From the NCBI GenBank assembly GCA_019058315.1, contig JAHPZH010000005.1:96001-160000 (forward strand): a stretch of DNA of 64,000 nt. The letters are read 5' to 3'. The stretch is from Candidatus Helarchaeota archaeon. GTDB taxonomy: Archaea; Asgardarchaeota; Lokiarchaeia; Helarchaeales; RDOG01. The notes beneath the pieces were generated by a model, which saw only the letters and a program-made list of their open reading frames with translations, searched no databases and was not told the origin of the DNA. This document shows, piece after piece, positions 59,623-64,000 of the stretch. Position 1 is the first letter of the stretch. Each line of letters opens with the position of its first letter. A program made the translations under genes and the position numbers.

Positions 59623-60843
59623 TCATGTGATAACTAAAGTTATAAAAATTTCTCCACCCTTAAATCCGACAGCAGTAATAAGTTCTAGTTGTCTTAAGTC
59701 ATTTTTTTTCGGTGTTAGGTCTAAATCAATTTCTTTTACCATATCGAAATCCATTATTGTTAACATCGGTTCCATTTCTGGGTCGGGTTTAAAGCCTTTA
59801 TTTATTAGCAAATTAATAATATCATGCATTGGAGCTTTATGGTGGATATTAAGTTTCACACGCCTAACATCATTACTACATTGAATACAATTTGGATTTC
59901 TCTTTTTTTCAATGGAATAAAATTTCATTGTCATACCATTATAAATAACATAAGATTTAATTGGTTCTCCTAATTTCTTATTTCCTGCAATCCAATTTAA
60001 AATTTTAATTGTTTCATGTGACTGGAGAGATGCAATCACTGCATTAATGGTTATTATCCCCGGATCATGCCTATCCAAAAGTTTAACTACTTCGGATTGA
60101 GTAAATAGGGGTAAAAAATTAAATTTTTTTACAAGTTCATTTGCTTCCTTTCGAATGAAGTTAATCTCCTTACTTTTTTTTGGGTCAGGATCTCGATTAT
60201 ATTTTTCATTAAAAAACATAGTGGATTTAATCACACAATGAACTCTTTTTCTAGGTATTCCTACAACAGTACAAGCTGCCATTTCATCCATTTCTGAAGG
60301 AGGGGGTGGATAACATTCGAAACAAGCATTTTCATATGGAAATATTGTATATACATGACCATTATATCCAGAGACACCGCCATCAAGAAGTGGCTTATTA
60401 AAACGTACACATTGTGCATTTAAATTGAGTCTAGCATTTATTGAGTCCAATCCACCAACAACAACATCAGCTGCTGCGTAAACTTCCGGTTCAAGTCTTT
60501 CGAGTGAAGTATGATAACTTTTAATTGTAATATTGGGATTAATTTTTTTCAATTTCTTCATAGCGGCTGTTGCTTTGGGCTCACCCATTTTAGCATCAGA
60601 AAATAAAATTTGTCTATTTAGATTAGAGTATTCTATTATATCCAAATCCACAAGATCGAGATGACCAACTCCCAACATTGCCAGATTTTTAGCAACTTCG
60701 CACCCAAGACCTCCTACACCCGCAATTAACACTCTTGAATCTTTAATTATTTTTTGTCTCCAGCCAGCAAGCCTAAATTGACGGTTATATAATTCTCTTT
60801 CTTGTGAATTTAATTCTTTGTTAAAAAAATCAGATTCATCCAT
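59623..60843 (-). CDS. Ubiquitin-like activating enzyme E1 (UBA2/UBA3-like)
   Basis: YNRQ, GVGGLGCE, DLDIIEYSNLNRQ, CFEC, catalytic ACTVVGIPR...HC, CIQC, C-terminal extra domain. Confidence 0.93.
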   Translation of the reverse strand: MDESDFFNKELNSQERELYNRQFRLAGWRQKIIKDSRVLIAGVGGLGCEVAKNLAMLGVGHLDLVDLDIIEYSNLNRQILFSDAKMGEPKATAAMKKLKKINPNITIKSYHTSLERLEPEVYAAADVVVGGLDSINARLNLNAQCVRFNKPLLDGGVSGYNGHVYTIFPYENACFECYPPPPSEMDEMAACTVVGIPRKRVHCVIKSTMFFNEKYNRDPDPKKSKEINFIRKEANELVKKFNFLPLFTQSEVVKLLDRHDPGIITINAVIASLQSHETIKILNWIAGNKKLGEPIKSYVIYNGMTMKFYSIEKKRNPNCIQCSNDVRRVKLNIHHKAPMHDIINLLINKGFKPDPEMEPMLTIMDFDMVKEIDLDLTPKKNDLRQLELITAVGFKGGEIFITLVIT

Positions 60844-60976
60844 TTTTTACACCAATTTTTAGATAGATAACTCATCTCAATAATATCAATTTTATTAAAA
60901 AAAAAGGTTGAAAGAAAGTAATTTTAGATTTAAAAAGTAATAATTTTTTATATTTAAGTTACAATAGAATTTAGTT

Positions 60977-61330
60977 TTACCCTGCTGTGCTAGCGGGAAT
61001 AAGAAGTACAGTGTCTCCGTCTTTTACATTATAGTCCATTAAAGGACTTGCGTCATCCATTGTGACTCCACCAAATGATAAGTGAAAATCACCTGGATTT
61101 AACCCAAATAGATTTCCTACAGTTTGCTTAATGGCACTAATATTATTGCCAGTATCTACCATTAATTTTTGCTTTTTCTCGCCCGGTCCAATCGTACTCA
61201 TAAAGAAAAGATTAACTTGATCACCACTAACTCCCGCTTTTGGTGTTTTAGATGCTATACCAGGACTTTTAGATGATGGTTCTTCTAATTCTTCATCAAA
61301 ATCTTCTGATTCCTCTAACATATTTAACAT
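60977..61330 (-). CDS. Ubiquitin-like protein with acidic N-terminal extension, ending ...PASTAG
   Basis: Beta-grasp consensus ISAIKQ.V...GL....HLSFGG..MDD..PL.DYNVKDGDTVLL; first gene of the E1/E2/JAMM cluster. Confidence 0.88.
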   Translation of the reverse strand: MLNMLEESEDFDEELEEPSSKSPGIASKTPKAGVSGDQVNLFFMSTIGPGEKKQKLMVDTGNNISAIKQTVGNLFGLNPGDFHLSFGGVTMDDASPLMDYNVKDGDTVLLIPASTAG

Positions 61331-61460
61331 CTCATATTTTTTTAAAAAATTCTTTATAATAACCTTATGTGAAATGTTTATTTTTAACCTTTATCTTTGC
61401 GGTAATATCAAACATTTTATATGAATATTAGATTCTAAGGTTTAACTATCAATTCTTTCA

Positions 61461-62663
61461 ATGAATTATCATTTCGTGAATTATATGAAAGATAAACAAC
61501 CCCCAAAATATCAGATCGCCGATAAAACCCCAACTTCCGAAGAATACCCTCCTATAAGCGAGAAATTGCTTAAAAAATTACAAAAAGAACGATTAAATGT
61601 TGAAAAAGAGTGGAAAAAGCTAGAAGAAGAACGGAATAAATTGGAGAAAGTCATTAAAAAAATGGAAAGTTATGGAGCTACAATCGAAGATCTTGAAAAG
61701 AAGAGAAAAGAAAAAGAATATGAAGTAAAGGATCTTTTAAGGGAAAAAGATCAGTTAAATAATGAATTAGATAGAATAAAAAAAGAAATTGATAATGAAA
61801 AAAGTAGATTAGCTTCCCAAAAAGACAAGATGGATATTATGAAAGAAAAAGTCCGTTCAAAAGATAAAGAATTAGATAAAAAAATGAGTGAGATAAAAAG
61901 TAAAGAAATAGAATTAATTCGTTCAAAAGAACCTGTGGAGAAAGAAATTGCAAATTTAGAAAGACAGAAGGACAGAGAGAAATCACAATTAGAAGATCTT
62001 GGTAAAAAAATTGGGAAATATAAAAATGATGTTAAAGATCTCCAAGAAGATAGAGATCGTTTAAAAAATGAGCGGGATAAATTAGAAAAAGAGGTTGTAC
62101 GAGAGAAGCAATTACTTTCTGATGAGAGAAATAAAATTGAGAAAGAAAAAGATGACTTAAGCAGGAAAAAGAAAGACTTAGATAAAAGAATTAATGATTT
62201 AGAGGGGAAGAAAAAGGATTTAAGAAATATAAAAGATGAGCTTAGTAAAGAAAAAAATGACTTAATAAAAACTAGAGAGAAAGAACAAGCACGGGTGAGG
62301 GATTTAACCAATAAAATTCCAAAGTTGGAAAGCGAAATAAATTCATTAGAGAAAAAAATTCAAGATTTAAATGTTAAATTGAGCGATTTAAAGAACAATA
62401 AAAGATTATTAGAAAATGAAATTAATAGAATGTCAAAAGAGATAGAAAATAATAAGGCCAAAATGCAAAACGAAATGAAAAATATTGAAAATGAAAAAAC
62501 AAAGATAAATAGCGAAAAAGATAATATCAAACGTGAACGGGATAAATTAAAAGAAGAAAAAAGTAATTTAGAAAATGAACGTAAAAATTTAGAAGAACAA
62601 ATAAGAAAAATGAAAACTATTAAGAAAGAAAAAATAAGAACTAAAACCCCTTTAGGTTATTAG
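61461..62663 (+). CDS. Long, uninterrupted coiled-coil protein
   Basis: About 350 aa of K/E-rich heptads with an internal duplicated block (EKE.EVKDLLREKDQL.NE.D..KKEI / KNDVKDLQEDRDRLKNERDKLEKEV). Confidence 0.8.
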   Translation: MNYHFVNYMKDKQPPKYQIADKTPTSEEYPPISEKLLKKLQKERLNVEKEWKKLEEERNKLEKVIKKMESYGATIEDLEKKRKEKEYEVKDLLREKDQLNNELDRIKKEIDNEKSRLASQKDKMDIMKEKVRSKDKELDKKMSEIKSKEIELIRSKEPVEKEIANLERQKDREKSQLEDLGKKIGKYKNDVKDLQEDRDRLKNERDKLEKEVVREKQLLSDERNKIEKEKDDLSRKKKDLDKRINDLEGKKKDLRNIKDELSKEKNDLIKTREKEQARVRDLTNKIPKLESEINSLEKKIQDLNVKLSDLKNNKRLLENEINRMSKEIENNKAKMQNEMKNIENEKTKINSEKDNIKRERDKLKEEKSNLENERKNLEEQIRKMKTIKKEKIRTKTPLGY

Positions 62664-62668
62664 ATTTT

Positions 62669-64000
62669 TTATTCCCACTCAATAGTTGCTGGTGGTTTAT
62701 GAGTAATATCATAGACTACTCTTGATATTTGGGATATTTCATTTGTGATCCTTGTGGAAATTTTTTCGAGTATCTCAAATGGAATTTTAGCAAAATTAGC
62801 AGTCATGGCTTCTCTACTTTTGACTGCCCTTATTGCAAGTACATAATCATAAGCTCTTGCATCTCCCTTTACCCCAACGCTTTTAATATTTGTTAAAACG
62901 GCAAAATATTGCCATAAACCATCTTTTAAGGCTTTATTTTTTTCTATTTCATCTGTTACTATTTTATCAGCCTTTCTTAATAATGCAATCTTATCAGGTG
63001 TTATCTTGCCAATTAACCTTACAGCTAATCCAGGACCGGGAAAGGGTTGTCTATGAATAATTTCCTCTGGTAATCCCAATGATTTTGCAATTTCTCTGAC
63101 CTCATCTTTATATAAATCTTTTAAGGGTTCTACAATTCCCTTAAATTTTATCTTTGTAGGGATTCCAGCAACATTATGGTGACTTTTAATTTTATCAGAA
63201 TATTTACTTAATCCCGATTCAATTCTATCTGGATAAATTGTGCCTTGAATAAGATATTCTGCCCCAAATTCTTCAGCAACTTCTTCAAAGACTTTAATAA
63301 ACTCTTCTCCAATAATCTTTCTTTTCTGTTCTGGGTCTGAAATATTCCTTAATTTTTTGAAAAAACGATCCTGTGCATTAATTAATTTAAGGTTCACTCC
63401 AAGTTTTGTAAAGGTTTTTTCAACAAATTCAGGTTCTCCCTCTCTCATAAGACCTTGATCCACAAAAACAGCCATTAGATTTTCCCCAATAGCTTTAGAA
63501 GCAAGCACTGTGGAAGTGCTCGAATCTATACCACCACTTAGTGCAATTATTGCTTTTTTATTCCCAATTGTTGAAACAATCTCCTCAATAGCATCATTTA
63601 TTATAGATGTAGGTTCCCAATTAGCCTCACATTTACATATATTAAAGATAAAATTTCTTAACATTTTTATTCCATTTTCAGTATGAACCACCTCGGGATG
63701 AAACTGTAGTCCATAAATATCTTGCTTTTTATTTTGAAATGCAGCAATTGGACAATTACTGGTATGAGCTAATATTTCAAATTCTTCAGGAAGGCTAAAA
63801 ACAGTGTCACCATGGCTCATCCAAACTTTCTCCTCTTGTTTTAAACCTTCTAAGATCCCTATCGGTTTATCTACAATTATTTTAATAGAACCATATTCTT
63901 TCTTAGCTCCACTTTCTACTTTTCCATTAAAAGTTTGAGCAAGTAAATGATGACCATAACAAAGACCAAGGATTGGAATATTTAGACTTAAGATCCTCTT
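62669..64000 (-). CDS. guaA: GMP synthase (fused GATase + ATPPase), 5'-truncated by the window edge
   Basis: In-frame upstream ILGLCYGHH...WMSHGD, QFHPEV, ALSGGIDS, QGTIYPD, IKSHHNV, HRQPFPGPGL, KPPATIEWE. Confidence 0.97.
   Translation of the reverse strand, partial: KRILSLNIPILGLCYGHHLLAQTFNGKVESGAKKEYGSIKIIVDKPIGILEGLKQEEKVWMSHGDTVFSLPEEFEILAHTSNCPIAAFQNKKQDIYGLQFHPEVVHTENGIKMLRNFIFNICKCEANWEPTSIINDAIEEIVSTIGNKKAIIALSGGIDSSTSTVLASKAIGENLMAVFVDQGLMREGEPEFVEKTFTKLGVNLKLINAQDRFFKKLRNISDPEQKRKIIGEEFIKVFEEVAEEFGAEYLIQGTIYPDRIESGLSKYSDKIKSHHNVAGIPTKIKFKGIVEPLKDLYKDEVREIAKSLGLPEEIIHRQPFPGPGLAVRLIGKITPDKIALLRKADKIVTDEIEKNKALKDGLWQYFAVLTNIKSVGVKGDARAYDYVLAIRAVKSREAMTANFAKIPFEILEKISTRITNEISQISRVVYDITHKPPATIEWE

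Noticed and set aside
3465-62311. Numerous short antisense or overlapping ORFs in the ORF track (e.g. 3465-3650, 17664-18032, 24071-24398, 32686-33099, 47484-47999, 61751-62311)
   Set aside because: They lie within or opposite well-supported genes and have the F/S/L/I-rich composition typical of shadow frames.
1-64000. tRNA, rRNA or intact mobile-element genes
   Set aside because: No GC-rich cloverleaf or rRNA-like segment and no transposase or integrase ORF was recognised by eye; a tRNAscan/Infernal run would be needed to exclude small RNAs.

Overview
AT-rich archaeal genomic DNA, very probably an Asgard archaeon. Evidence: longin-GTPase, Rab-like GTPase, gelsolin-domain protein, TM-RING proteins, a eukaryote-like Ubl/E1/E2/JAMM/RING operon and an Rpo8-like gene. 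The mmp3-mmp6-mmp5 cluster suggests an MCR/ACR-encoding lineage such as Helarchaeales (inference). Housekeeping and catabolic content includes two CoA-transferases III, two acyl-CoA dehydrogenases, an ADP-forming acyl-CoA ligase, five MFS transporters, a sulfatase, hisK, carAB and guaA. The most striking feature is absent from the ORF track because it runs off the window edge. It is a >978-aa alpha-2-macroglobulin (A2M)-like protein on the minus strand (2934 to <1) with no signal peptide. Its bait-region position holds a patchwork of self-protein fragments: about 59 aa of the Asgard actin N-terminus/D-loop, an LRGG, a Rab-type switch-I decapeptide and the actin C-terminal SGPSVVHRCF. This looks like a cytoplasmic protease trap with integrated decoys. 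I also found an unannotated pseudogene (48938-49219), a 34-aa Trp/acidic peptide, a probable ATA start codon and a perfect 291-nt intragenic duplication. No rRNA, tRNA, CRISPR array or intact transposase was recognised. All calls come from manual motif reading; no searches were run.
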